Source: Callorhinchus milii (lineage: Eukaryota). From it: 64,000 nt of DNA. The notes under the pieces are model-generated. The model was not told the DNA's origin. It saw only the letters and a list, made by a program, of their open reading frames with translations, and did no database searches. The stretch spans positions 13,084,001-13,148,000 of the forward strand of contig NW_024704743.1 of the NCBI RefSeq assembly GCF_018977255.1, read 5' to 3'. Positions within the stretch are counted from its first letter, which is position 1. Every line of letters starts with the position of its first letter. A program made the translations under genes and the position numbers. Of this stretch, positions 38,234-51,390 are shown piece after piece.

Positions 38234-39484
38234 CCTCAATATGGCCACTAATTCAGTTGATTTGTAAGACACCTTTCATCTCAGTTTATAAATCTAGTAA
38301 TTCAGTTCAATTGTTATACAAAAACAGTAATTTTACATCACGTCCCAGCAAACAGCACTGTTGCCACTGCTCTCAGTAACAACGTGCTGACTTTAAACAT
38401 GGGCACTACATATCCATTCCTCCAAGACCGCACAAGTATACTGTACAGTGCAATCACTGCCATAATCCAGTAAAGCCGCAATGTGCCGCAATAAGACAAG
38501 TCTCTCTTGCATCCAGTTGCATACCATGAGAATGACCTAGAGCAAAACTCTCATGATGTTGGAAAGTGGTGCAGTGCAACAGGTTATATGTGCAGAGATT
38601 TTACAAATCCATTCAAGAAAACAAAACACACTAGCCAGAGATTAAAATGTTATCGTAAGCAGCTTCAGGATAGCCCCATTCAGCAGCTTCTACAACAAGC
38701 CTCAAATGCCTTGTCAGTATTAAACTGCTTATTTATAGCCATTAATCCAATTTGGTCTATTAAGTTTACATTTTACTGAACACAGTTCTTAAACTAAACT
38801 GCTGATATCACCACAATTTTCTGAATTTCTTACTTGTTCAGTATGATTGCAAGATATCCAAACCCCCAAAACACCTACAGAGATAAGAGTTAAACATGAA
38901 TAAAACTCACGGGTGGATTTAAAACCATGTTTACTTACAAAATGGAAAAATCTTCTGACTACAATCAACGATGCATTGTATTTCCATTACAACCGCTCAT
39001 TTATGGGTTGGGATGCATCAAGCAGTCTCCTCCCCACTTCCCTTCATTGGAAACTTCAGAGTTCCCAGAGTTTTTTTTTCAAAACCATATTTAGATTTGA
39101 CATAGACCTTTACGTAAATACTGAACATACATCTTAAAGGACTGGAAGGCAATCTGGTTTCATGTTTCTAAATTCAGCAAGTGATTCAAAAATCAGCTAA
39201 AACTATTACTACACAACCTCCCCCCGCCACCCCGCACAATCACATTGCCGGTAACCTGAACTTGCAGCACAGTGCTGAAAACAATGTGAAAGAGTTGGCA
39301 TCCTTGCTCATATCTTTGCATCCGCTGTGAACATCAAGACTAACTCGGTCATGATGTTGAAAGTGATTAAGGTGCTTTCTGGCCTTACTTTTAACCTAAT
39401 CCTCAGCATTGTACATTGGGGTCACCTGAGAGTCCAATTTAACCATCTTGTGGACCATCTCCTTCTGATAGCTTCAAGACGTAC

Positions 39485-39605
39485 ATTGGCTGCCGTGTTT
39501 CGTCCACAAAATATACAGTCAATTCACTTTATTCTGTAAAGCACTTTGAGACTTCTCGAAGACGTGATAAGGAGCAAGATCATATGAAAGGATTATTATT
39601 ATTGT
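39485..39605 (+). mobile_element. SINE family A tail
   Basis: attggctgccgtgttt...cagtcaattcacttt...gacgtgataagg. Confidence 0.85.
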
Positions 39606-39777
39606 TGTTAAAAGTTAACTTATAGTTAAAGTGAGCGCTACTTTAAGTAGCACTAGATCCTGTTGACCAAACAGGAAATATGTCCAGGGGGACAAGTGCA
39701 TATGACTACCTGACACGAAAGAAAGACTCTTAAGTAGGAGCTACAATTTGCAAACCCGTTATATAAACTCAAGACAC

Positions 39778-40150
39778 AATATTATAATAATCCTTTCATA
39801 TGATATAGCGCCTTATCACGTCTTCAAGACGTCTCAAAGTGCTTTATAGAATATACTTTAAAGTGAATTGACTATATATTTTGTGGGCAAAACACGGCAG
39901 CCAATTGCGCATTGCACTGTCCCACAAACGGTCATGGATTGAAGTAACCAATTTATTTTTTTTGAAGAAATTATTACCCCCGGAAAAGTGATCCACCAAT
40001 TGACTTAGCAACTGGGCTACTACTTACTGCTAGATAAACAGAAGCATATGGAATAAGGAAACTTGTCCAACACTTCACCCTGCTGGGAATCGAACCCAGG
40101 TCTCTCGCTTGCAAGGCGAGTGCTCAACCCATTCAGCTGCAGGACTCCAC
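39778..40150 (-). mobile_element. SINE family A, long subfamily, full length
   Basis: Tail, central domain and head (aggactccaca at 40141). Confidence 0.92.
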
Positions 40151-40721
40151 AATACCTTTAGGAATGAAAACTTTAGTGTCAAACAACTTAAACACTTAAA
40201 TTGTGGAGTGGGAGTCTACTCGCAAGAGCGCTTTGGATGAACATTACCCTTCAGTCCATCCAATCTCATCCCTTCAGAATACCCACTCTACTATCTTCCG
40301 ATCAGAGTATCAAGCAGTTTTTTTAAATGTCCAGAGTCCAACTGACAGACGAACAGTGAACCCAAAGACATATTGATTTTGTTTGTTTCTTTTGGTGCAA
40401 GCTGAAGATTCATTCCATTTGAGTCAGTGATTCACTCAGAATAGATTTGCGCTATGTGACCAAGGAGATCTTTTCCTGTAAATAGTCATCCTTTTTACAG
40501 CATTGGGCTTAGACGTCAGGGGACGAAAGTCGCGGGTTTCTCCAATGGTGCCTAATAAATCCTGCAGTGGGATTGGCTGGTACAGGAGTTCAAGGCCACT
40601 TTGTTACACTCTAAATAGATGCCATTTAGACCATCAGGCAATGCTAAATGCTAAATGGGTGGGGGGGGGGGGAGAGACGAGAGACCTCCATTTTGTATTT
40701 ATTTCAGTTTTGGGATATATG

Positions 40722-41045
40722 TGGAGTCCTGTAGCTCAGTGGTTAGAGCACTCGCTTTGCAAGCGAGAGACCTGAGTTCAATTCCAGGCAGAGGGCGAAA
40801 CCTTGGGCAAGTTTCCTTACTCCACACAGAGCCTAATAATAATCCCTCCAAAAAACAAAAACAATAATTAAATTGGTCATTTTCAATCTACGACTGTTTG
40901 TGGGACATTGCTGTGCGCAATTGGCTGCCGCGTTCACCCACAAATATACAGGCAATTCACTTTACAGTGTGTTCTGTGAAGCGCTTTGGGACGCCCTCTC
41001 GACGTGAAAAGCGCTATATCAAATGCAAGGATTATTATTATTATT
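40722..41045 (+). mobile_element. SINE family A, young short subfamily, full length
   Basis: GGAGTCCTGTAGCTCAGTGGTTAGAGCACTCGCTTTGCAAGCGAGAGACCTGAGTTCAATTCC and a (TTA)n tail. Confidence 0.95.
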
Positions 41046-42446
41046 TGACTCTGCAGCCTGTTTTCATCCCTTGATTTCTCTCTTTAAGAATGTACATGTC
41101 TTGGTTTTTGGATATTAGTGTAATGCACTTTTTTTAATAATAAGTGACCTTTGTCTATAAGACATCATCAACTACTGATTTTTGTCACTGATCAGCCATG
41201 GAACTTAGCTTCCCCTATTATGAACATTGACTTGCTGCTTCTGTGTTGCGGTTGGAAAATAAACAGCAGAATACAATAGCTCACATTTCTCCCAGTGCGA
41301 ACATTGAAAAAGGAAAGGATCTGTTAGAAGACGGTTCTTTCTAGAACAAAGAATTAAAATCCTCACACTATGCCTTTGCTGCCCATACTGTGAGCAAAGC
41401 AGTTTCGGAGCACATTCCAGCTCCAAGCCTTTCATATACCACAGCGAGACTGTATTATTCCCCACCAAAAAAATATTTTAAAACACCTGTGCAGCAACTG
41501 GTTTATACATACTCACATGGATGAGTTCCAGAAGCCTGATTTGCTACCCAAATCCCTGTCACTTTGCCACACCCCGAACCTGCTCGCTTGTGTGCTGACA
41601 GGCACAAACTTCCCATACATAAAGAGCATCCACTGAAGTTTCTTTAATAGGAGACAAAATGAGTGTTAAAGCAGAGGAAACAGGTGGGCTGGAAAGGCAA
41701 ACCTGCTCCTGTCATCCAGTTGGTTCAAGTGAAATCAGTGGGTTCTTTGTTGCCCCCAGTGCTACGAAACGCAGGGCAATGCTAAGAAGTAATACCACAA
41801 ATGAAGCAGCCAGTCCAAATTGATAATTGGAAAGATCACATTGATGCGTTCGTCCACAAAATACACAATCAATCTACTTTACAGTATATCCTGTGAAGCG
41901 CTTTGAGACGTCTCGACGACGTGACCAGGCACTATATCAAATGTAAGGATTATTATAAGAGGTGCTCCTCTGTGGTTAGAGTCGAGAGATGACCTTTGCA
42001 GGGCAGAGGACAGATGACTTGCACTAAATCTCACTTGCCAATTACTTGATCTAGGAGGACTGAGCAAATAGGAAAAATCCCATGCATGTCACACTGTCTT
42101 ACAAGTGCTCAGCTCCAGGGTGACGTCAAGACAGATCCGAGATTTTAAAAGTGAGCATGACCTACATGAGTTTCACAGAAAACAACCCTTCACACCGTCT
42201 TCCAGCAGTCAGGAGTCAGTTAGTAACCTCAGCATTTTCTAGAGGAGCATTTTTCCGACCTCATTAATTGTTATTTAGCCCTCCAGTCTACAGGGGATGA
42301 TTACTGAATGGGCCCCTTTCTTTCTTGCCTCCCCCCATTTGCCCTAATTAACCATCTCACAACTAAGGTACAAATTTAAGATGATCACAAATACAATTAA
42401 ACAGGAAGGTCAGAAAAAAAGTCACTTTGCACTTAAGGTGGCAGGG

Positions 42447-42890
42447 ATAATAATAATCCTTGCATTTGATATAGCGCTTTTTCACGTCTTCCAGACGTCT
42501 CAAAGCGCTTCACAGAATATACTGTAAAATGACTTGACTGTATATTTGTGGGCAAAGCGCAGCAGCTAATTGCGCACAGCAGTGTCCCACAAACAATTGT
42601 GGATTGAAGTGACCAATTTTATTATTTTTTTGAAGGATTATTATCAGGCATATGGAATAACAATGTGGAATAACTCGCTTGTGAGACGAGTGCTCTAACC
42701 ACTGAGCTACAGGATTCCGATGCGGAAATCTCTGCCAAAAACTGTATAATAAGAATATTAATACTGTAATAATGATACTTCCATTTGATATCGGCAACTA
42801 TTATTATCACTATAGTAATACATCTCAAAGTGCTTCACAGAATATACTGTAAAGTATATTGACTGTATAATTTGTGGCCAAAACGCATAT
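42447..42890 (-). mobile_element. SINE family A copy (42447-42718) plus an extra tail (about 42770-42890)
   Basis: Head gagtgctctaaccactgagctacaggattcc; tail motifs. Confidence 0.85.
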
Positions 42891-43567
42891 TAAAAATATT
42901 AAACGCTTAAAGTGTACAGGAAGTCAAAAGGAGAGTGGGATTCGAGTAGGCGGCTCATGTGGAGAAAGAGTTGACTTTTCTGTGCTGTGACAGTCGACGA
43001 TTCTAAGAATGAGGACCAGTGACCCCAGAAATTCCTTATTTCCTCCTCAGAGCTAAAGCTTTGTTACACAATCAACTCGTTAAATTTCATGTTCCGGATG
43101 AGGCTTTCAAAATTCTTATCCCTCCCCTGCCTTACAACATCAAGAAGAACTAGGCTGTACTGCACACAAATTAATGCAACATTAGATCATTTTTATGTAG
43201 TGAAACCATAGAATATTCTATCTATAGAGTAGAAGCCAAAACACATTTTGGTTAAAAAAAACACAATGTTGTCTAGAGCAGCTCATCAGTATCACAGACC
43301 AGTGTGTGATAAAATGCAGTCAACCTTTCTTTCTAGTGCTGCAGTCATATATAACGGAGGCTTGCAATGAGCAAAACACAGTCAGGTGTGTATGCCATTA
43401 TGTAACAAGAACACCACAGGAACAGTAGGCTTGGTGACGTCAACCTGAAAACGCACAACTTGCTTGTGGCAATGATCTTCCCACATAATATGCTGAAAGA
43501 CGTCAATGAACTACAGTGATGTCTTATGAACCAGGTATACACAGACAGGACTGAGGTCTTCTAAACT

Positions 43568-43842
43568 GAGAGACCTGAGTTCAATTCCAGGCAGAGGGCG
43601 AAACCTTGGGCAAGTTTCCTTACTCCACACAGAGCCTAATAATAATCCCTCCAAAACCAAAAACATTAATAAATCGGTCATTTTCAATCTACGACTGTTT
43701 GTGGGACATTGCTGTGCGCAATTGGCTGCCGCGTTCGCCCACAAATATACAGTCAATTCACTTTACAGTGTGTTCTGTGAAGCGCTTTGGGACGCCCTCT
43801 CGACGTGAAAAGCGCTATATCAAATGCAAGGATTATTATTAT
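43568..43842 (+). mobile_element. SINE family A, young, 5'-truncated
   Basis: Starts at gagagacctgagttcaattcc; otherwise near-identical to 40722. Confidence 0.93.
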
Positions 43843-44231
43843 CTTACTAGTTACACAGACAGATGGCTAGCGTTCTCTATTAAATGCATTCAATCCATGG
43901 GGGGTGGGGGCGGAGGTGCACAGAGGGGAAAGTGAGGGGATTTCCAGAGTAGCTTGACAATCATTTGACATGTTGTCGAGAATGCAAATATCATGGACCA
44001 TTATCATTCTGCTGGTTAATCATTAAAAATTGATCACACAGCATTTTTTTAAAAAAAACATTGGTTACAGAATACCTTTTTTTATTTCACTTGAACAAAG
44101 ATTTTTCGGAAGGCAAGCTGATTCGAGGAATAAAAGTCAAGTTACGTTGTAACCCAGGCCTTCAAGATATTTGGGAGAGGTGGAGCAAATCAAAAGAGCA
44201 AATGGCAGGTAATGGAACAATTTACACTTAC

Positions 44232-44348
44232 CTCACAGGAGCACACGATATTATGAAGAGTTTTCTTGGTGGGTGTTATCAGTTTTCCAGTGGTCAAACA
44301 AAAATTATTTTCACCTGCTCCCGCAGTGACTTGGAAGGTGAAAACCAT
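44232..44348 (-). other. Candidate alternative first exon end (MVFTFQVTAG...NIVCSCE, phase 0)
   Basis: Strong donor GAG|GTAAGT at 44231; in-frame ATG at 44348; unique sequence downstream of a promoter-like patch at 44880-45110. Confidence 0.25.
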
Positions 44349-44879
44349 GAAAATATTATTAACTGGCGAGCTTTCACCAACATCAGCCCAATGTGGTCTG
44401 CTGCTTATTGCAGGATATCCTCCAGCATGCACACATATTCACAACACAATCTAGTGTTCCTACTTAAAATGCAACTCACTCCCTCCAAACAATATGATGC
44501 AGAGACAGCTGCAACAGAAAACCCCTCACAACCCCTTGTGCATCTGATCCCACTGCTCAAATCTACAATAAATTCACATTTGCCAAGCTGTGTCCTAATC
44601 ACCACAGAAGTGCGTTCTGTAAATATCTCAATCCCCTTTCACATTGATCCCACAAACACAAATGAGGCATGAAAATCTTCTCAACAAAATAAGGCACAAA
44701 ACACAAACAAAAATATGCACAACAAAACAGACCTTCTTGAGAGAAATTCCATGCAATCTTAAAGCATCTCTTATTTTAGCTGCAATGTTTTCAAATGAAC
44801 CCTCTTACTGGCCACAGAATTGGCCAGTTGATAGGTCATCCCCAATCTTTTATACCACAGACAGCACACCTGAATTACC

Positions 44880-45110
44880 CTGACGTATCAGATTATGCTC
44901 ATCGTGCAATTCTCAGGCATAATCTCTCAGAGGCTTAGGGATCCTCGGAATCCACCCCCGCTACTTTCCATGGCAACAGCAGCCACTGAACGGCAGCCTA
45001 CCTCTGACGCGAGCAGACAATTATACAGAAAGCATCACCAGCAGGCCACAAATGTCAGCAGCTCTATCGGTGTCCAAGGCATATTTTTAAAGCTGCAGAG
45101 ACGCAGCCTG
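44880..45110. promoter_or_regulatory. Candidate promoter or enhancer with RFX X-box and CRE half-sites
   Basis: GTTGCCATGGAAAG on minus at 44964-44977; TGACG at 44881 and 45005; several retained CpGs in repeat-free DNA. Confidence 0.35.
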
Positions 45111-46194
45111 CTGGATTTTCCCCATCCTTATTTCAAAACAATCAATCATTCATTAATTTACAGGATTGCCTCATGTGCTGTAGCTGTTCATGTGCTTGAC
45201 TCGACAGAGGACTGATGCAGATTAACCAGGAGAAACTCTCTTACAGAAAATTAAAAATGTAGTCAAAACCCAACAGGCACAAGATATTTTAATTTGTATA
45301 ATTAAGGCAGTGTGACAGAATTCATGTAGGTCAAACCATAGGGAACTCGCAACTTAACTATGTTTATAAATGTTCACCCAAGTCCTATCGAGTCCTTAAA
45401 AAATAATTTTTAAAACAAACATGATACATGATGTGCAGACACGTTTTTTTAAAAAAACAATTAGAAATTAAACAATTCTGAGTACCAAGAGGAGTGAGAT
45501 TGAATAAAATATTGTCTTGAGCATGAGGCAGCTCAGCTCCTCAAAGCTATTTCCAGCACTTACTATTCAAACAGCAGCAATATCCTTAAGCTTGTAATAC
45601 CACAGGAGCAGTGCTGTTTGGAACATTACATACCTTGTTAGTAACAGGATTCTATTGTACCAAATATAATTATATTATATATGTTCAAAGCCCAAGAGCC
45701 TCTTTTTCGGCAAGCCGAGCCTGTTACTAAGTTTGCACATATGGTTCGCTTATAAACCAGACCTACAGCACCTCTCTCCTTCCAGATGTAGAGTAAGTCA
45801 AGGGCTTGCCAAACAAAGGTCGTTGTTAAATTCAGGTACTTAACGGTACTTTGGAGAAATTTACTTTCATATAACAGATGGGGAAGCCACAGGTTGATTT
45901 GCCAATTTTTACTTGCTCAAAATAACCACTGGTGATAAATATATACTCGGCACGCCGCAAGACAGGTTTTTATTTTAGTGAATCGAGTGTCTCAACACAC
46001 ATGGAAATCCATCATCACACTTCAGAGTTTCCAAGCTAGATAAAAGTTCTACAAATGATATGTGCTTAGCTCTGTAGAATAATTGATATACCGGAGAAGG
46101 GCACTTCAAAATTGCAAGGATTATTAAGCGTTATGAAAGAAAAGCATTTAGATTAAAAATTGTGCACGATCTAACAAAGCAACAGAACCAAAAG

Positions 46195-46440
46195 AAACAG
46201 AGGGAGGTAAGGAGAAATTTTTTCACACAGTGAGTTGTTCAGATCTGGAATGCATTGCCTGAAAGGGTGGTGGAAGCCGATTTGATAACAACTTTTAAGA
46301 GAGAAGTAGATAATTATTTGGGGAGGACATATTCACAGGGCTATGGGGAGAGCAGCAGGGGAATGGGATTGAATTGGATAGCTCTTTTCAAAGAACTGCA
46401 CAGACACGATGGTCTGAATAGCCTCCTTCTGTGCTGTATT
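46195..46440 (+). mobile_element. CR1 3' end
   Basis: FFTQ*VVQIWNALPERVVEADLITTFKRE, with a 3'UTR like 29475 and 47741. Confidence 0.92.
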
Positions 46441-47740
46441 CAGATAGGAAAAGAGGTTGAGGAATTTACCTTGTTGTTGTTTTGATGGCAGGGAGAAAAA
46501 CTGTAAAGCAAATGGATTATGGAAGGAGTTTCACATTGGAAAAAACAATGCCTAGCAGTCTCTTAATACAATATATTACATTAAACATTTAACCACAATA
46601 AACTGCACTCCAATTCAAAGCCTACACAAGAGCTCTAGAACCACAAGGTCTATGTTCGTACTTGTACGTCATCATACGTGCATAAAACCTATCACATAGA
46701 CTATCACATACTCTCAAAGCTCAGATGCCCTTTAGAAACCTCCCCACCATGATACGTGAAGGTGTCTGAATCCCTCAGTTGTAAGACACCTTCCTCCTAC
46801 AATCTGCGTCACTACTGAACATATATAGTCATGGGTCAGAAAGGCTGAAAGTCATAAAGACTGAAAACATTGTATGATTGTCTGTAGGCGAAGTATAGAT
46901 TTTTATTACATCCTTAGCAACTTAGGTATTCACGTACAGCCCTGTCAAAAAATAAAAACAGACAATATCTTTACTCCTATTTTCAAATGAAGCCAGAGAT
47001 GCAAATGGAGCAAACCTCTTCACACACTGAACTGTATGGATCACATTAGATATTGCAAATCATTGGTGACAATACATTTGTTGCATTCAATGGATTTTTT
47101 AAATGAATATTATTATTTTTCTCACACTCAAGAGGAACTTGAAACAGTTCTGCTTCACCCGAGGACCACGCAACAATGAGAATGCAACTGTGCCGAGCAC
47201 AAACACTTACAAGTACATGGTCATTACACTTGACTGGGAAGCACTTTGAGTTACTAATATTATAGACACTCTGAAATGCAAGGATTGTTATCCAAAAGTG
47301 TAAAGGATTGCACACACAATTAACAATGTACTGTATTCCATTCAAAGGAAATGACGATACAGGACTAACTTTTAAATGCTTCTCTGATTTCTTACCAAGT
47401 TAGGCTGTCAATTTGCAAATGACTGAATAGCCAATCCAACATTAGTTTAATTATTTGTTATGAGACCTCTTCAGCACTTGATAAACTAATAAGATCAGAA
47501 TGCAATTCATTGTTGCTAGGGTAGAGGGCACCAGACAGTTAAGACAAAGCCTAGGAAGAGTACTACCAGTTTAGTATACTCCAGGGAGTATTCTGCCATT
47601 TCGTCGCTTTCTTTCTGAGAAAAGATATGTCGTCTTAAGAAGTCTCCACTCATTCTGTTTCCCAGATTGTTTTGCAGTGTGGCTTCATTTCCACAACATT
47701 TCGATCCTTCATATCAGTCTTGACGATAATCCTGCACGGA

Positions 47741-48600
47741 TATCATAGAATCATACAGCACACAAGAAGGCTATTCGGCTCATTGTGTCTGTGCCAGCTC
47801 TTTTAAAAGAGCTATCCAAATCAATCCCACTCCCCCGCGCTCTCCCCATAGCCCTGCAAACTTGTCCTCCCCAAATAATTATCTACTTCTCTCTTAAAAG
47901 TTGTTATCGAATCAGCTTCCCCCACCCTTTCAGACAATGCATTCCAGATCCCAACAACTCGCTGTGTGAAAAAATTTCTCCTCACCTCCCCTCTGTTTCT
48001 ACTGACAACTATTTTAAATTGGGTTATCAACCCACCCGCCAATGGAAATAGTTTCTCCTTGTTCACCCTATCGAATCCCCTCATAATTTTGAAAACTTCT
48101 ACAAAGTCTCCTTTTAACTTCTTCTGCACCAACGAGAATAATCTTAGCTTCTCTAACCTTTCCTGATAACTGAAGTCCCTCGTTCCTGGTACAATCCTGG
48201 TAAATTTCCTTTGCACCCTCTCCAATGCCTTGACATCCTTCCTAAAGTGTGGTGCCCAGAACTGAACACAGTCTCCAGCTGAGGCCTAACCAGTGTTTGA
48301 TAAAGGTTCATCATAACTTCCTGACTTTTGTATTCTATGCCCCTATTTATAAAGCCTAGTATCCTGTATGCTTTTTTAACAGCTTTATCTACCTGTCCTG
48401 CCAACTTCAAAAATTTATTTATATGAACCCCCAGGTTTCTCGGTTTCTTCACCCCCTTTAAGATTGTACCATCAGCTTATATTGCCTCTCCTCATTCTTC
48501 CTCCAAAATGCATCAATTTGCATTTTCTCCACATTAAACTTCATCTGTCTGCCCATTTTACCAGTCTGTCTATGTCCTTTCAATATATCCATATACCTGT
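47741..48600 (-). mobile_element. CR1 LINE 3' portion
   Basis: MKFNVEK, NLGVHI, LYQTLVRPQLE, ERVQRKFTRIVPG...FFTQRVVGIWNAL; tail gattctatga. Confidence 0.96.
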
Positions 48601-48729
48601 AGCCATATTCATTTTCCCAGAACAGATATCTAGAAATCTGAAGAACTGAGCTCAATGTTAGAGAATATTGCCTCTGCGTAATGCTCTGTAACTCTGTAAT
48701 TGTCTAATATGCTATTATCAGTGGTACCA

Positions 48730-48952
48730 CAGTCCCTTCACCTCGTTTCCTCCCTTGCCTCCTTCAAGGCTGGTCTCAAGACCCTTCTCTTCGATCGTGC
48801 CTTTGGTCTCCCTCCCACCTTTCTGCCTTCCCTCATCCCTACACCACCCCTCCCCCATGCTCGGGCCCCGACACCTGACTGTTCAGCGCTTTGGGACATC
48901 CTCCCAACGTGAAAGGCGCTCTATAAATGTAATTTTGTTGTTGTTGTTGTTG
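48730..48952 (+). mobile_element. L2 3' end (young)
   Basis: SFKAGLKTLLFDRAF; tail cagcgctttgggacatcctcccaacgtgaaaggcgctctataaatgtaatttt(gtt)n; close to 32180-32400. Confidence 0.9.
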
Positions 48953-51236
48953 TATTGGCAGATCTTCACACAGGGAAGGTGACTTTGTGAACAAGGTAAC
49001 TCCAACCAAGTAGGAGATCAATGATGATTTTCCCATGGCCATCGTAGTGACAATTTGTGTCACTCAGGAGTAGTGCATCCAAAAGGGATGAGGCATGTCC
49101 CACCAGTCAAGCTCAGGTCCCGGAGAGGAGAGCATTCTAACAACTACTACACCACCCAGCCATAACATCATAGTGTCCCTTTATCTTGGATTCCTCCCAG
49201 GTAATTATTTCCATTAAGCTGTGAATATAAATCAAACGTCAGCAATGGGACAATAATTGCGCTAGTTGATGTGAAAGTAACAGCATCACGAAAAGTTCAT
49301 GGGAATTCCCACGTATAATTATCTGGGATCACTGCCAAATTCTGAGTCCAACCCAAATTTTGAGGAACCTGTTTCTGCCAGTTTTGCAATTGTGCAGCTT
49401 TTCTCTGCCTTGCACTGTATGGAATGATCAAGGGCTACTTTAGCTTCTTTCCTGTCTCTTATTTTCTTAAACCCAAGACATAGTAGTTCCTTCTTGTTCA
49501 TTCTTTTCATCAAATCTGTTTTTCTTTTCCCACTTTCACTTCTTCCCTTCTAGTTTTTAGTCTTTCTGATTTCTCAGCTTAAACTGTGTTTCTTTACGGC
49601 TTGCCTACCATCTTTGTTTGCACACTCTTTTCTCCAGCTTTCTTTCTAATAATAAACATAATCATCTTTCCATCTAATATAGTATGTGTACTTGTATGTC
49701 AGGAGGACATCTCAAAACGATTCACAGCATTCATTATGGAGTAGAGCGAGGGTATATTTTGGAGGCAATCGCCTATATTTTTGTAAATATTGGGCTCTTT
49801 TAAAAATCGTTCCCTCTTCCCTTTCCCATAGTATATAATATATATATTTACACACACACACATAATGTCCTAGGTTCTATTGTTAGCTCAGTAGGTGAAT
49901 ACACCAGCTTGTTTGGCAACGAGACATGAAGACTAGGAAGGTCACAGGTCCAAACTCTGATCCAGGGCAATGGAGCTGGAAGTGGATTGGCCTCAGCGAA
50001 CTTGCAAAGGGGGATTGGGGGAAAAATAAATAAGTTATGATTTCTCAATACAGTAAACTCCTGATCCTTATCATCCCAAGGGAAAAGGGCTCAGTGACTA
50101 GTTAGCCGGATTGGTGAGTTAGGCATATGTGTAAATGCATAAACAAATGTGGCCAGGATATTGACAGCCTGATGACTTAAGTGGTAATGACAAGTTAAGT
50201 CAGGTTCAAGTTATCAGGAGCTTACTGTATTATCTCGTCAGCTCCCTCCTAAAAGGTGAATGACACGTCGAGAAAGTACTCTAATTGGAATCACAGAAAA
50301 AGAAAAGCACCCATGAAGTGAGGAGCCTTCCTCCAGGGGATCCCCTATACAACATCCAGACTCGGTAATCTTCAGGCTAGATACGATTCTTCAATCAAAG
50401 CCGAGATCTCATGACTCCTCACTCTTTACAAGAGTTTTCTTGGACCAAAAACTAGAGCACTTTTAAGACGTCACTCAGTAATAACACTTCATGTAGAATA
50501 GTCACTTTGATCAGGTCCTGGAGGATAGCCTCCACCCATTGAGCTACACCCTTGAGTGAATTAGTACCTTCAGTATGAATCAGCACTTTTATGAGAGGGA
50601 TTGAATTTCTTTTGTGGGGGGTGGGGGGGAGGGAAGAGAAAAGAGAACGAAGCAAAACTGCTCACAAACCACGGCTTGCATCCAGCAACACACAATGATG
50701 GATGAGCAGAACTGTCCAAAGCCCCCATGGCTTTCAAATAGAAGCCACTAATCCTGCACAAAAATAGAAATTAAAATCAAAGAGCGTGTGTGTGGGGGGG
50801 TGGGAGGAACTAAAGCTTTGCATGGCGCAAAGAGCAAATTCAAGAAGATGAGGAACTTTGGGAACCCTAAATGTAGCCAACAACCTTGACATCTAGACAG
50901 ACGAGGTAAAACCAGCAAAACAATTTCTTATCTGTCTCTATTGGCACAGCTCATTCAAATAGCTTTTGAATTGGCAAATGTTGCTTAGCTCTCCGATCAA
51001 GCCCGTATTAAAAATTGCAAGAAAAACATTCTCAATTAATAATTGAGCAGAGCTGCTCATAGACAACCAGCTATTTTTCCAGTATGCTGATTTTTTCTTA
51101 AGAACATGTACATCCAACACTGCAACCAAAGGATTATTCACTTAAATTTCAGAGCTTGTTTAGTTCCACTCAAGCCTTCTGACCTCGTTCATCATCAAAT
51201 GAAAAACATGAAAAGCCATGTTAATGCTCAACTTCT

Positions 51237-51390
51237 GGAGTCCTGTAGCATATTGGTTAGAGCATTCGTTTTGCAAGCAAGAGCAAGTTTCCTTACTCCA
51301 CACACCTCTGTTTAACTAGCAGTTAACCTGGTTGTGAGTCGATTGGCGGATTGCTTTTCCTGGGATAATAATCCCTTCAAAAAAAAAATT
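51237..51390 (+). mobile_element. SINE family A head and central fragment with deletions
   Basis: ggagtcctgtagc..ggttagagca..caagtttccttactcc..gtcgattggcggat. Confidence 0.8.

Noticed and set aside
44061..44672. 203-aa plus-strand ORF
   Set aside because: TTG start, no recognisable domain, composition typical of non-coding DNA
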